A stretch of DNA of 59,404 bases, counting the filler, from Circinaria calcarea (Eukaryota), in NCBI GenBank assembly GCA_051942165.1. It is 11 parts of 11 records of this genome, joined end to end, with 100 filler letters (N's around TTAATTAATTAA, not from the genome) between each part and the next. Parts side by side here need not be neighbours in the genome. Positions count along the whole stretch, not along the records: positions 1 to 5,318 come from JAVECS010001945.1; positions 5,419 to 10,734 come from JAVECS010001946.1; positions 10,835 to 16,147 come from JAVECS010001947.1; 8 more parts are not named here. One strand, given 5' to 3'. The position numbers and the translations under genes are program-made. This document shows, piece by piece, positions 1 through 11,846 of this stretch; within the stretch, counting starts at the first letter, position 1, and every line of letters begins with the position of its first letter. The notes beneath the pieces are model-generated. The model worked only from the letters and a program-made list of their open reading frames with translations. It had not been told where the DNA came from and ran no database searches.

Positions 1-829
1 GCTCGCGTGTATGATTTTCTGTTGGGAAAAAAAGATGGAAAAGCATGTCTTACATCTTCCTAAATCATTTTCCTCCAATGGTAATCTTGACGAAAAAGAA
101 AAAGCCTTGGAGGCCGTTCCCGAGTAGACGCGGTTCTTTGCAGGAGCTGGGATATGAAACGGGGTTTGTGCTATAGTTAACTCTTAGACGATGGTGCGAA
201 GTTAGGTAGCAGAACATAGATTGATTTATTCTCTCTCCGTTCGTCGTGTTACTCTTATTGCTCGTTTAGTCGGAGCTTCTTCCCCCCCCCTTCCTTTCCA
301 AGCAGGGGGGTTTTCGGAGATAGAAAAGGGGGTTTTTGCAAAGAGGTTTGGCCGTGTGTCTTTCCGGGGGTTTATTCTAGCTAATTTATGTCTGTAATAA
401 TGGACTTCGGTTAGGGATCCTGCAGATCGAGTCCTATGCCGTGGCTCCCATAGGAGATTTTTCTTTCCCGTACCTCTGTCATGCCATCTCCGACAGCTGG
501 GGATCGGGCGTGGGAGGTGGGGTATATTTGTTTCTTTGGGAGTTCAGAGAATCTACAATGTTATCTCCTCGTTGCGCGAGAAGAATACCGGATGTGAATT
601 CCGGTTTCGTGGTCATCTTTGGCCAAAAGGTAATATAAGAATTGGTTTTTCCTCGAGATAACTCTCTACTGCTTCTTTTGACACTAACTCGTCTCCACCG
701 ACTTGTTCATTAGCTGTTGATTCACCACATCCCCTTCTCCTTCTCTTTGTTGCATCTCCTGAGCCGGATATATGCATTCCGCACCAACGTTGAAATTCTC
801 GTCGGATAATACAAGGGCCTGTTTCATTG

Positions 830-1125
830 CTAGAAGCTTTTTCTTCTCCCTTTGGGTATCACGGCAAGGAAGGAAGATTTCGTAAACTGAAACACTATCT
901 TCCCTACCGCATCGAGCCATGCTTAAACATCAGCATTAAGGTCCCCGCCGCCATGATCGCCCGCTCTTCAAGTATTCTTTTAATCCGCTACAAGGTATTG
1001 CTAGTCCTCTCTACTAACTGGCCCGACACCATCTTTGAGCTGTTGAATCAATTTTCTATAAGCGCTCATGGTTCTGAATGGCTCATCGAGGATGCCCTCG
1101 CGCTCCATGGTAGCCACATCGATTT
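830..1125 (-). pseudogene. Degenerate coding remnant of unknown product
   Basis: Minus frame reads EIDVATMEREGILDEPFRTMSAYRKLIQQLKDGVGPVSRED*QYLVAD*KNT*...DV*AWLDAVGKIVFQF. It is protein-like but broken by stops compatible with C-to-T changes. Confidence 0.3.
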
Positions 1126-4100
1126 CGCTAATTCAAGGAACTGAATAGCCAAAGTATAATCCAGACGGGTAAGGTGCTACTTTATCGTAGCCTTTTGGTG
1201 CTACAGTCCTGACTTTTTTTTTCCGGTGGGAAATGCTCCCACCGGTTTATTATTTACTTTTGACAATCATCGTCAGCGGCGGCAACGGTTCCGGCCCCTC
1301 TAGCTTCTCAACTTGGACTGATGCACAAAGGGCATCCATTCCATACCATCGGAACCGCGTATACCGTACTCTTCAACGGGCTTCATAGAGCCTATCAAAG
1401 GGCGAGGCTGATCATGTGACTTCACTCGCCCGACCCAACCATGATTAGGAGCGTGAGATGAAAGTTGAGATTTGTGACTTGTCAAAATGGTGCCAAAAAG
1501 GTAAAACTGGCTGATATATCGGCCACAGCCATGGTGAATGTCAGAATCCGTGTCCCAGCTCGCTGCTGGTTGATCAGACTTCGAAAGTCGACTGTATTAG
1601 GAGGATAAATTGCGCTAACCTCGATTCTGTACATCGTAGGCTACTTTACTTTCTCTTCTAGTCTAGGGTGTCGAATTGGTTCGGTTATAGAAGTAATTAA
1701 ATCCGATTGTTTTCTGATAATAAATCAATCCGCGATATCCCAGTACGCAGGCGAGGTGGTTGACACGTATGGTTACGTCTGAAGTCGTCTCCTAGCCCAG
1801 TATTTTCTTGCCACTTATATCGTATATCCCATCCCCCATACGTCGTCCGGTGGGAAATTCACCTCGGCTGCATCGCCCTTAGGCACTTGGAATGCTATAG
1901 TTTCCCGAAATCATATATAATCTCCCGTATTGTGGATCGGTACTTTGTGAGAGAGTTGGGTCGCTGAGTTTCTGAGAGAGATACAGTAGATATTTCGCTC
2001 GGAGACTGCAACAAGCGCTTCCCATTTTGCCACTCACAATTGAACAATTGATAGCAGTGCAGTACCATGTTATAGTACCAGTTGCTCGACGGGTGGCTTA
2101 GTTGGGACTCACGATACTTATATACTCATACCTCTGGCAGCACTAAAGGAGTCAGTTGCCCTTGAACCAGTTACGCCAGGTTCCGCTCGTAGTCGAACTG
2201 ACATTTTTCCACTGATAGCAAGGCCGAGAGTGGCTATGGCTCATTGTCAATAGAGTGCAGGAAGAGGCTTGACCGGATCAGGGTAGTGGAGTTGTGGTTC
2301 TTCGAGTAGATCTTATTTCAAAATGCTTTATTACCTTCGGCTTCTGGTAGTCTCCCTCCACCTGGCACTGACAGTAGTGGGTTTTTAAACTATATGAATT
2401 GCAGTAAAAGTACAAGTATATAGTGTATGCAAATCATTTACGCAGTATGCCTATTCTGCCATGTATTTAGCTTCTTGAGCTTGTGGTGAAAGAGGGTTCG
2501 GATTAGAACGTAGGAGCAGCATTGCCTGTAGGTATAATCTAAATAGGATGTATCCTCTCCATCGCAGGCTTCTATCTTCGTCTATTCTTGCAACGTGGGC
2601 CGTCAACTTGATCTCCCAATCTTCCCAGCCGTGTCTGGAGTTTTAATCTCGTCTTAGTAGTTACATACCACAGTAGCCTTAAAACACCCTTACCGAAATG
2701 TCTTCCATTCAACCCTGAGCCTTCACGTCTTGCCTCAAGCTGCTAACCTGTACGCGATCTTATGTTACCGACCGATGAAACCCTCTGCCGTGAGCAGAAT
2801 GCTGACTGTCTGAGGCTGGAAAGCGGCGCAAAGCAACCTGCTCCAGGACGACTATGCTGCCTAAGGGTGAATACTCCAACTTCGGAAGATAAAATATAGC
2901 AAGGTATGGCCGACTCGCTCTAGGTATCCGGGATGCTAGAGATGGCGTCGAATCATATAACCGTACTGCGCTTCGGTGCAGCACACTCAATTGACAATGT
3001 ATTGGAGTCCATATTTTCCGCGAAACCTGTGTACTGGCTGTATGACCAACAATATCTCCACACACGCCAGGTATTGTTCTCCCGAAGTAGTAGACCCACT
3101 TCCAAGTAGAGAGCTGCACCTTTTCTTGACAGTGTACGTTTCTGGTACGCCTCATGTTTTCGGGAACCATTATGCGCGGCTCTGCGAATTTTATTGCAGC
3201 TACGTCTGCGATATGGCCATTTGATAACTAGTAGTGCTCGAAGGCGTAGATATGACTATCTAGTTAGGGCTTCGTTAGCTAAGCAAGTAGCCTATCAACG
3301 AGTTTCCAGAATTGATAGTCTAGGCTTTTGGGCGAGTGTCAGAAATGATTGAGAGGCAGCCTCTGGCCAGCAGTCGTTTGGAGTTGTAGAATAGCCCGCC
3401 ATTACATTGTGAGCCAGGGATCTAATTAAAGCCCTCATCGTAGTATAAGAGAGGTTTTAGGACAGTGATTGCAGAGTGTATTTGCTCCCCTGACCCTCCC
3501 TGATATTCTCTATGGATTTCTAAAGGTTCGAACCCGGTATATTGTTCGCCCGCCGTGGAAGTCTGATGCTTGTGACGCGCGAGGTCAGCTTGACAGACGA
3601 TTTCGACGCCAGATGTTGACACATCAGAACGGTAAGGCCCTCAATACCCTAATTAGGCCTGATTCTCGATATTCCTCTTAATGAAGGGTCTGTGTTGTAT
3701 TTCCGCAACGTAAACAAACATTACCCTGTCTGTCTAACCGCCTCATCCGTAGAGCGTCTTCCCAACGTCCGTAGATTTGATCATACGTAGAATCTCTTGT
3801 AGACAATGTCCTTATCCTTATCATTCTGCCCCTTGGTCACAGGCTCCTTTAAGCCCGTAGGTTCGAAGACTCTTAAATGAGGAGTAAGCCCCTTTTTCTC
3901 CGCCTGGACATCCTTGAAGTCCGCTCCAGGAAAACGGTGAAAACTCACTACGGTGTGTTGACTCGACCAAACAATGCATTGTTAGGGAAACAAAGAATTC
4001 GGCCCTGCACTAGCCGTGTGTAATCATAAACGCGTACAAGTCCGTACTTATCCGCCTTCGATCTTTCTTCACCGTTCATCCTCTTCATCCTCTTCATCTA

Positions 4101-4866
4101 GACGACACCACCTCAATCCTTACCATCATCCTCATCAACCACCCTCCATCTTTCCGCATAGCTCATGCTCTATTCGAAGGCCTTCGTTGCTATCTTCAGT
4201 AAGGAGGAGCTTCGCACGTCCAAAGCTTTGGAGATCTAGAGCTTCTAACATCCAGAGTTTGAAGGTGTAAAGCACGCACTAAAGCTGTTAGTACTTCAGG
4301 TGAGTCTTACACGACTCCAATTCTCCCCACCGACACCACTTCTTCCAGTATTTCTGCTCCATAACCGTCCACTCAAATCACCATCATACCCTTCCACCAC
4401 GGTTGCTAAACGACCTCCTTCTACCATCACACCATCACACCATCACCAAGAATCTTCTATCCATCCAAAGATCCCTGGTGATATCGACGCTTCTGTATTC
4501 TGTTCGCTGAGCTTGCTTTTGCAGCCATAAGCAGCCAGGATCAGTAAGTCCCATCCATCAACCTCTCTCTTATAACCAGGGTTTCCATCTTATCTATCAC
4601 CCCTCTTTCCAAATCGCAACCAGCATTCCTGTTGTCAGCCAACCAACAAGAGCTTAGAGCTTAGAGATTCTGACCAACTAACCTTCAGTAGCTACCAACC
4701 ACAGCTCATCCATACCGACACCAAACCGCTCCAGCGACCGTGAGTGCTGAAGCATCCTCCACAACTCGAGGTGACCCATCCTTAAAACCACATAACAGAC
4801 GAAAGCAGCTGGTATGACAGGCCCAAATCGGAGTCAACTGCCTGAAGCTAATTCTGAATAGCTATC

Positions 4867-5318
4867 ATGGCTCGTTCGTTGTCCCCTGCCGCTGGGCCCT
4901 CGAACCCTGGGAACTTTAGTGAACCCCATTCTCCTTCAGCAGATGAATTAAGGTTAGGAATTTCCCGTCCTTCATGGCGCTAAAAAAAGTGATCAGGCTA
5001 ACCCTAAAAAACGAATAGCATTATCACTCACGACTGGGCTTACTCAGCCGGAAAGCCGGCTAGACGCTCTGCAACCTATGAAGGATGCCTTGAGCGCTTC
5101 ACACTACCGATGTAAGTAACTTCTTTGATCGCCCCCAGACTTAGTGTAATGGCTAAGTTGATGTTCCATCCTACAGAAATATCGGATTGGACACCAATGC
5201 TCATAGCTTCTCTTCCCAGTCCAAGGAGAAAGCTAGGGCAATCTCAGGGAGTGGACCACCCCCAAGTCCGAGCGACCAATACATAGACGAGAAGGTCGAA
5301 CGCCTCTTGAAGGCTGTG
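4867..5318 (+). CDS. Hypothetical spliced gene, 5' part (truncated by contig end)
   Basis: ATG at 4867; introns 4953-5018 (GTTAGG..CTAAC..TAG) and 5112-5176 (GTAAGT..CAG). Spliced frame stays open: MARSLSPAAGPSNPGNFSEPHSPSADELSIITHDWAYSAG...DEKVERLLKAV. Not in the ORF track. Confidence 0.6.
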
Positions 5319-5418
5319 NNNNNNNNNNNNNNNNNNNNNNNNNNNNNNNNNNNNNNNNNNNNTTAATTAATTAANNNNNNNNNNNNNNNNNNNNNNNNNN
5401 NNNNNNNNNNNNNNNNNN
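5319..5418. other. Artificial contig-joining linker N44-TTAATTAATTAA-N44 (first of 10; others at 10735-10834, 16148-16247, 21560-21659, 26970-27069, 32379-32478, 37788-37887, 43196-43295, 48603-48702, 54006-54105)
   Basis: Identical 100-nt spacer with stops in all six frames. Contig lengths do not increase (5318, 5316, 5313, 5312, 5310, 5309, 5309, 5308, 5307, 5303), and genes are cut at the spacers. Confidence 0.98.
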
Positions 5419-6483
5419 GAAATCACCCCAACTGGCTTTTGGGATCTCCAGATTGACTTCGGCATTTGTTTGGGCGGCTGCTCGAGAGATCTGGTCTGGC
5501 TTACCCACGCTTTTGCCTTGGATGTAAGCTTTGGCATCCTCGCCGGCTTGCTCAACATCACGCGCAACATCAAAGGTGTACCGAGGGGTTTCCGGAATGG
5601 TCAGACGGTAGTAGAGCGCAATGCAACCAGGGACGGCACCGAAGCCAATGATCACACGCCACATCTTATCCATGGCGAGATTGCATACACCGTCACAATC
5701 TGCAACGGTTCTGGCGGATGAGAGGGACTGTTTAAAGCCCTGTGTGACGATGAGTGCCATGATACCAGCAGCAAACTGACCAATTCCTTGCATAGCGAAG
5801 ACGGAGCCCATCATTGCTCCACGCCATTTGGTGGTTGCGAACTCTGAGGTGATGATCGAGCTCAGGGGATAGTCACCACCGATACCCTAACAAGGCGAGT
5901 CAGTTTGTTCCGGAAATCAAGATTTCAATCCGGGTGCTTACGATACCCATGAGGACTCGCCAAAAAATGAGGAGGCCCACAACCGACATGGCCGGGGAGT
6001 CGGAGGTAAGTGCCTGAGCCATCGTGGCAAAGATGATGATGATCAACTCCAAACCATACATCCTTTTACGGCCGACGATATCTGCAAGAGCTCCAAAGAC
6101 AACTTGACCGATGACAGTCCCCCCGGATGTGGCAACCTACCAAGCGGTTAAAATCAAACATTCTATTGCCAGTGCTCTATATCTCAACACACCTTGATAG
6201 CAGTGTCTGACTGGGAAGGGATGGTTCCTGGCTTGCTTTTGGCTTCCTGCCAGTAAACAACCCCCAACATGGTCGTGACCAAGCCTATGGCGAAGATGTC
6301 GTAGGCATCGGTGAAGAAACCGATGCCGGCAACGACGATTGCTCGCACATGATACCAACCAAAGGGAGCTTTGTCGATTTCCGCCAACGCTAGTCTTCTC
6401 CGCTCATTGGGGTCCGCAATATGGGCATAGTCGTTGTGAAAGTTATGGAAGGCAGCGTTGCCGCCCGAGGTCTTTTGCGCCAT
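5419..6483 (-). CDS. PHO84: High-affinity inorganic phosphate:H+ symporter (MFS), 5' half
   Basis: [100 protein letters not shown]. Introns 6137-6192 and 5887-5941. Confidence 0.96.
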
Positions 6484-7079
6484 CGTCGAAAGAAGGATAA
6501 GCACAGAGACGGTAGGAAGGAAGACAATACAAGACTAAGGGCCGACTTGAATGTGCAGTAGAGGATTCAGTCAGAGGGACGGGTGCACCCTTGATAAGTA
6601 TCCTCGAGGCCAATTTCCATGACGCACTGTTCGTACAGAGATGCTATCTCCCGGTTGATTCACTGCCCTGGAGCAGTGTTGCCCCCGGATGCACATCATA
6701 CGAGAGAGATTTATTGCAGCCAATAGATGCAGCTGTGGATACCCGTGCAGGGGCCAGTCAACTGCCTTATAGAGTATGTGAATGCTAATGTGCATGATGG
6801 TGTGACAAGCTTTTTCCAGTCCGCTATCTCTAAGCCTCCCGATTCCCGCTTCCCCCACCCTCCGAACTCCGAACTGGACGTTCTACCGTCTAATGGCTTC
6901 CTGGTACGGGGCACAGCCTTTCGTTGGCCGGACCAAACCGATACGAGATCCGTTGCGGGCCGAGTGATGCGACTTTGCTCTTCCAAATCGGAATCTCACC
7001 GATTAGCTACGATTGACCACGCCACCGGCAGTCAGGACTCGAAACTAAACGTCCAGAAAGTCACCTCCGAGTGTGCCGG

Positions 7080-7443
7080 CACGTGCTCTCGGCGGACTCC
7101 GCCGTTCGTCCGCTACGAGATGGCCCTTTTCTCCAGGCCTCGTTACTCGATTCCACGAATGCCTTGTGCTTCTCGGCTGAAGGGGGAGCTGCTGTAGCGG
7201 AAAGGTCGAGAGAAGTGAGCCTTGAAGGGCGTTCCCGTTGCGTGTCGACGGCATGGAGGACAGGACGCCAGTTTAGAGGGACCGAAGGCTTGTTCGCTTT
7301 CCTGCATCAGACCGTTCCATGCAACGCAGCCATAGCCGAAGGTTAGAGACAGCGCCCCCAGGTCATGCTGTCGAAAAGGGGGGCATGAGAGGAGGTTGTT
7401 CTCAACATTTTTCCACCAATAGAGAGTCGTTATTCTGCACGTG
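7080..7443. promoter_or_regulatory. Two CACGTG E-boxes (7080-7085, 7438-7443), putative Pho4/NUC-1/PalcA sites upstream of PHO84
   Basis: GCACGTGC and GCACGTGT lie about 600 and 950 nt upstream of the PHO84 ATG. CACGTG is the established bHLH phosphate-regulon motif. Confidence 0.6.
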
Positions 7444-7836
7444 TTAGATAGCGCCTCGGAGAGGATTTCAGATCCCGGTCGGCTGTCTCGGTACCAGTAA
7501 ACTAGGGGCCCAAAAAAGTCTTGCCGATCTCGCTAGCAGCTGTTCGTGTTAGCCTTGTTTTAGGTAGAATGCAAAGTTGTCAACCATTAGCCGTGCGGTG
7601 GGGATCGCCTGTGGCTTTGTTTGCACATTTTACAACAGCCCACTACTCAACCCTCTTGCCGGTGACGACCACCACCTGTCCTTCTCTTGAGATAAGAAAT
7701 ACGTAACCCCCCATATTCTGAGCGTTGGAGTCCCTACTAGCCAGAATCTACGAGATATTGGTCATAATCCAGTCTGAGTCCATCGAATGGAACCGTCTAC
7801 GGGGATTCCGCCTGGAGACGTTACTGATGCCAATAG

Positions 7837-9400
7837 CTTATGGCGTCGTCTTTCGCGCGCGAGACCGTACCTCGTCTGAGATAGTGGCTCAAACAAGTCC
7901 GTTTATTCCCTGAAGAACGCCACAATGGCATTTCCATCACCGCCCTTCGCGAGATATCTATCCTACGATCCCTCAAGTATCCAAACATTGTGAATGTTTT
8001 TGATGTGGCGGTTAGAGAGGTATCCGTGGAGGAGATATCGGTCATGGAATACGCGGAGCAAATTGGTGCTCTGTTGCTGATTGGTTATACCTGAGGCTCT
8101 AAAGGAAATTGGCGCATCTGGCTGGCTTATATTTTCTCTACCGTTAGGCGGAGGAAGTGCCGGTTTCTTTTTCACCATAGGATCTTGCCATCCTTTTTGA
8201 TGAGTTAAACGTCAAATTCAGCTTGAGTCGAGGTTAGTTTTCTCCGACTTTTTTGGGCAGCCTAAAGCGATAAGCCTTCTAAGAATTTCGCTGCTACTCG
8301 TGTTTTAACCTACAGCTTTCTCTTGTTTGTTTTCTTGAAAGAGTGTTTTATCGTTCCTGATGTGGTACGGGCGGTCACCGGAGTGGTTCCTTCAAAGTTT
8401 CTAAAGCACACCGGGGTCCTAGATCTTTTCTAGACTAGCACTTGATATAGACAGCCTTTACATCGTTGATGGAGAACTCTATTTGCTCACGAATATTGAC
8501 AGTCAAATGCTTGTTCCGTCAAGTCTTGGAAGGACTAGAATACCGTCACAGGAACGATATTATTCACAGGTAGGTTCACTAATTCGACATCGACGGGCAA
8601 AGTCTGAAGGACAACAGAGACGTCAAGATGCAAAACATACTGCTGACTGCCAAGGGGGTGCTCAAACTCGGTGTTGTTCCACCACGGAGACCTATAACTG
8701 CGCACCTACTTACTTTAATTCTAGCGGATTTCGGTATGGCACGCGAATATAGCCCTCGGCCACTTACCCCGGGTGTTGTAACTATTTGGTACCGGGCTCT
8801 AGAGTTACTTCTCGGTACGAAATACTACACTCCCTCTGTCGACATTTGGTCTGCCCGGCTTATCTTAGCGGAGTTGTTACTCAGTAATCCTTGTTGAACA
8901 GGGGAGACACCGCTCGATCACTTATTATTGATTGTTAAGCTTCTCGGCTCGCCGTCTACCGATGATTTGGCAGATCTCTCAGACATGGGATGTCCCGAGC
9001 TCATAAAGTGGCAGCAGGAATCGCTACTCTCTGGCCGAGCAGACAATCTCGAATGTAGATTTCTTACGGGAACGTCCAAGGAAACTGTCAACTTCCTTAA
9101 AGGGCTTACTAAAATGGGACCCAAGAGCACGGTGCACTGCCTCGGAGGCTTTGGCCAAATCCAGGGGGAGCTTTGCATCACAAGCAGAGCGATGGTGAAA
9201 GAGAGCCCACGGGCGATAGAGAAGGCTCTTTTGCCTACGTTCCCCGAGGCACGCAACGGAGTGGTCACCGGTCTGATCGATCGTAGTGAGACGGACACTG
9301 CATGTAAAGACTTCGTCCGTTGCTTCAGATTATGGTTATGTGTTCGACTTTGATGGACAAAGTGCTTTGCGACCGGCGAAAAGACATCGTGTTAATGATT
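7837..9400 (+). pseudogene. CDK10/CDK11 (PITSLRE-type) cyclin-dependent kinase pseudogene
   Basis: YGVVFRARD, frameshift at VA/KQVR (about 7890), GISITALREISIL, IIHRDVKMQNILL, DFGMAREYSPRPLTPGVVTIWYRA, in-frame TGA at 8895-8897 before GETPLDHL. Several recognisable introns. Confidence 0.8.
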
Positions 9401-10165
9401 ACGTGCAGGGTTTTCCTTCAGTAGGAGACTGTTCTGTGAAGGTCAGAATGCATCAGTTCACGGCGATAATCGAAAGCTACTTAAAGTTGAAATTTACCAT
9501 CTCTACTAGTTACTTCACGTTTTATCAATAGTGTGGTTCCTGGGTACCTAGATGGATCGCTCTCTCCTAGCCACAACCACTTCCATCTTTACAGCTTCGA
9601 GGAGATGTAAGGTGATAACTATCTAGTTACTGGGTACAGCAACTCCTTGGCGGCCATGCAAGACTGGTATAGTGTTTTGTTACATTAGCCGCTTTATGTT
9701 ATCTTTCTATGATAGGTAACTTCCACTTTCGTATACATCTGACCCTATTATCAAGAAGGCACACCTTCATTCTTTCCACCGGCAGCGCTGCAGCCACCTT
9801 TGAAGACGTTTGGAGTCATCACCATTGACTTTGTGAAGAGGAGCATGAAACTTGGCACTATCCAAATGCCCTCTTACAAAGCAGAGTAACACCAAACTAC
9901 CCGATGATCCGAGCTAATCTGGCCAGGCAGCTGTGCCTCACTTGAGACATCCTTTATCGATGGATTTGATAAAGTGGGAGAGTTTCGAAAATTACGAGGT
10001 CGCGTATCGAGTGTGAGAGATGAAGAGACGTCGCCGATCGCAATAGAAATGTGCTCCACCTTTATCACCCGACAACCGCACCAATTCCATACGGCAAACG
10101 CAGAATCCCAGGCGGTATATATTTGCAGATGTGTCTCTGATGCTCTAGAACTCGCAATACCCAAA

Positions 10166-10734
10166 ATGCCGTTGCCGGAGATCACGAGCACGTCTATTGT
10201 TTTCCCAGCATCAATTTCTCCAATGGCCCCAGACTTTAGGTTTTGCTCCCCTAGGTACGGAATAGGGCTGATCGAGGATGAATGTCGGCGTGCGGCATGG
10301 CTCCTACCGTACGGATCGACTCAAGCCCACTACCGCGCATTTAGTAGCGGGATGGGAGATGGAGCTGTGAATTCATTACCCTTTAGTAGGACGTACGGTT
10401 AGTTATAACAATCGGATATTCCACTCTGTTGGGCGTTTAATCCTATTTTCTAGGTGATTGTATGATCCTCCTCGAGATAGCAGGTCCAAATCCTCCTTTG
10501 ATTTCCGCGGCCACTCCGGATATCATCCGTGGGCTGGCGGCCGGGCTGATAGATCACTGTGTATCGAACTCGGGTTATGGAGGTTTTGTTACGATGGGTT
10601 TCGCAAACTTGCTCGATTACTTCCTGAACCCATTTGGGAACATATTCGACTATGGTGCTTTCCGTATGAGCTCCTCTCCCTTTGTTAACGTATCCGCCAT
10701 TAACGAGTGACTCGTCACACCGCTACAGCAGAAG
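10166..10734 (+). CDS. Hypothetical Cys-containing protein, spliced (start uncertain, 3' truncated)
   Basis: FCSPRYGIGLIEDECRRAAWLLP..SLPFSRTYG joins across a GTTAGT..TAG intron (about 10398-10453) to DCMILLEIAGP..IRGLAAGLIDHCV..GGFVTMGF. Confidence 0.45.
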
Positions 10735-10834
10735 NNNNNNNNNNNNNNNNNNNNNNNNNNNNNNNNNNNNNNNNNNNNTTAATTAATTAANNNNNNNNNN
10801 NNNNNNNNNNNNNNNNNNNNNNNNNNNNNNNNNN

Positions 10835-11385
10835 GAGGGTTTGGGGGCAGCATGGGTGGTGCGCAAGGAGGAAAAGGAAAGAGGCCAATCAGTGTCAAAT
10901 TCGAGATACCCTACTTCACAACCAGTGGGATTCAAGTTCGGTACTTGAAGATTATAGAACCAAAGGTCAGTGACCTCCCCTATGGCCTCGTATTCTTTCC
11001 CCTTTGGTCTGGCTGCCTGATGGATGGATTTCGTATGCGGCGGGATCGGTTTGTTGTCATTCGAACTGGGCGTCTAGGCCCCGCCCAATACAGTGGCCCA
11101 GACTTCCTTAGCTGCTGAGGAATGTCACTGTCGCACAACACCTTTTGCTCCATTTGCGGCTCTGCGGGGCTTGGCGGGTACCCCCATATGCACATGTGCA
11201 GCGGAGGCCGACCACATCGCTATAGTTCGCAGATCATGCCCACCGAAGTTTTCCCTTTGTACGACCAGAGGTGCGTCAGGCTAATCTGTGGGTGCAATCA
11301 ACAGCTGCAGTACCCCAGTCTTCCCTGGGTTCGGTACATCACACAGTCTGGAGATATCGCCGTCCGATTGCCTGATATCCAATAA
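10835..11385 (+). CDS. APM1: AP-1 adaptor complex mu subunit, 3' end
   Basis: KRPISVKFEIPYFTTSGIQVRYLKIIEPK, then intron 10966-11304, then LQYPSLPWVRYITQSGDIAVRLPDIQ*. Confidence 0.95.
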
Positions 11386-11846
11386 AGTGGCGTCCCTCTG
11401 GCTTTCTGCAGCCAGGGCGTGATTCGCGATAACGTTAGTGGCCCTGTAGATTAAACGGAACGGTTCATGTCGCTTTAGTACAGAAGTGGAAGATCAGCAG
11501 TTTTTTGAGCCTCATGCTTTCATTATGTGCTGGTGTGACATACTATTCAAAATGAGACCTGCATGCCTTGAATGAATAGGAAGCTTTTGTAAAAATATCA
11601 CTATTGACTTCATTGACATGTCGAATTAAAAGGCAAACCGCAGGAAAGACCCAAGTAAAACTTCACCAGTGAACCCCAACGTGTTTGTAGCCCTTCAAAT
11701 CATGTAAAGAAACGTGATGAAGAAAGAGAGATAATAGGGTATTTTGAGGATGAAGAGTTGCAAGAGCAGCCAGTCTGCAACTCCAAATACCTGGTTGTCT
11801 TCAGACCCGGCCATCATCACTGACGGCTACTCACGAACTGGAGAGC

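Noticed and set aside
1849..1860. GGTGGGAAATTC resembling fungal RNase P RNA CR-I
   Set aside because: Lacks the following GGTG, and no CR-V partner motif was found.
3524..3537. GGTTCGAACCC as a tRNA T-loop
   Set aside because: Only 2 bp of T-stem and no cloverleaf.
2760..4290. Giant-transposon (Starship) or other element remnants in contig 1
   Set aside because: Only broken, unassignable frames; no tyrosine-recombinase or transposase motif recognised.
5363..5374. Regularly spaced TTAATTAATTAA palindromes as a biological repeat or CRISPR-like array
   Set aside because: Always centred in N runs; an assembly linker.
6727..7197. 156-aa ORF upstream and antisense of PHO84
   Set aside because: No recognisable motif; lies in a promoter region; likely chance.
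11017..11118. U14 or other C/D snoRNA in the AP-1 mu intron (TGATGG...CTGA)
   Set aside because: Box C is imperfect and the U14 18S-complementary domains do not match; kept only as an unassigned structured intron.
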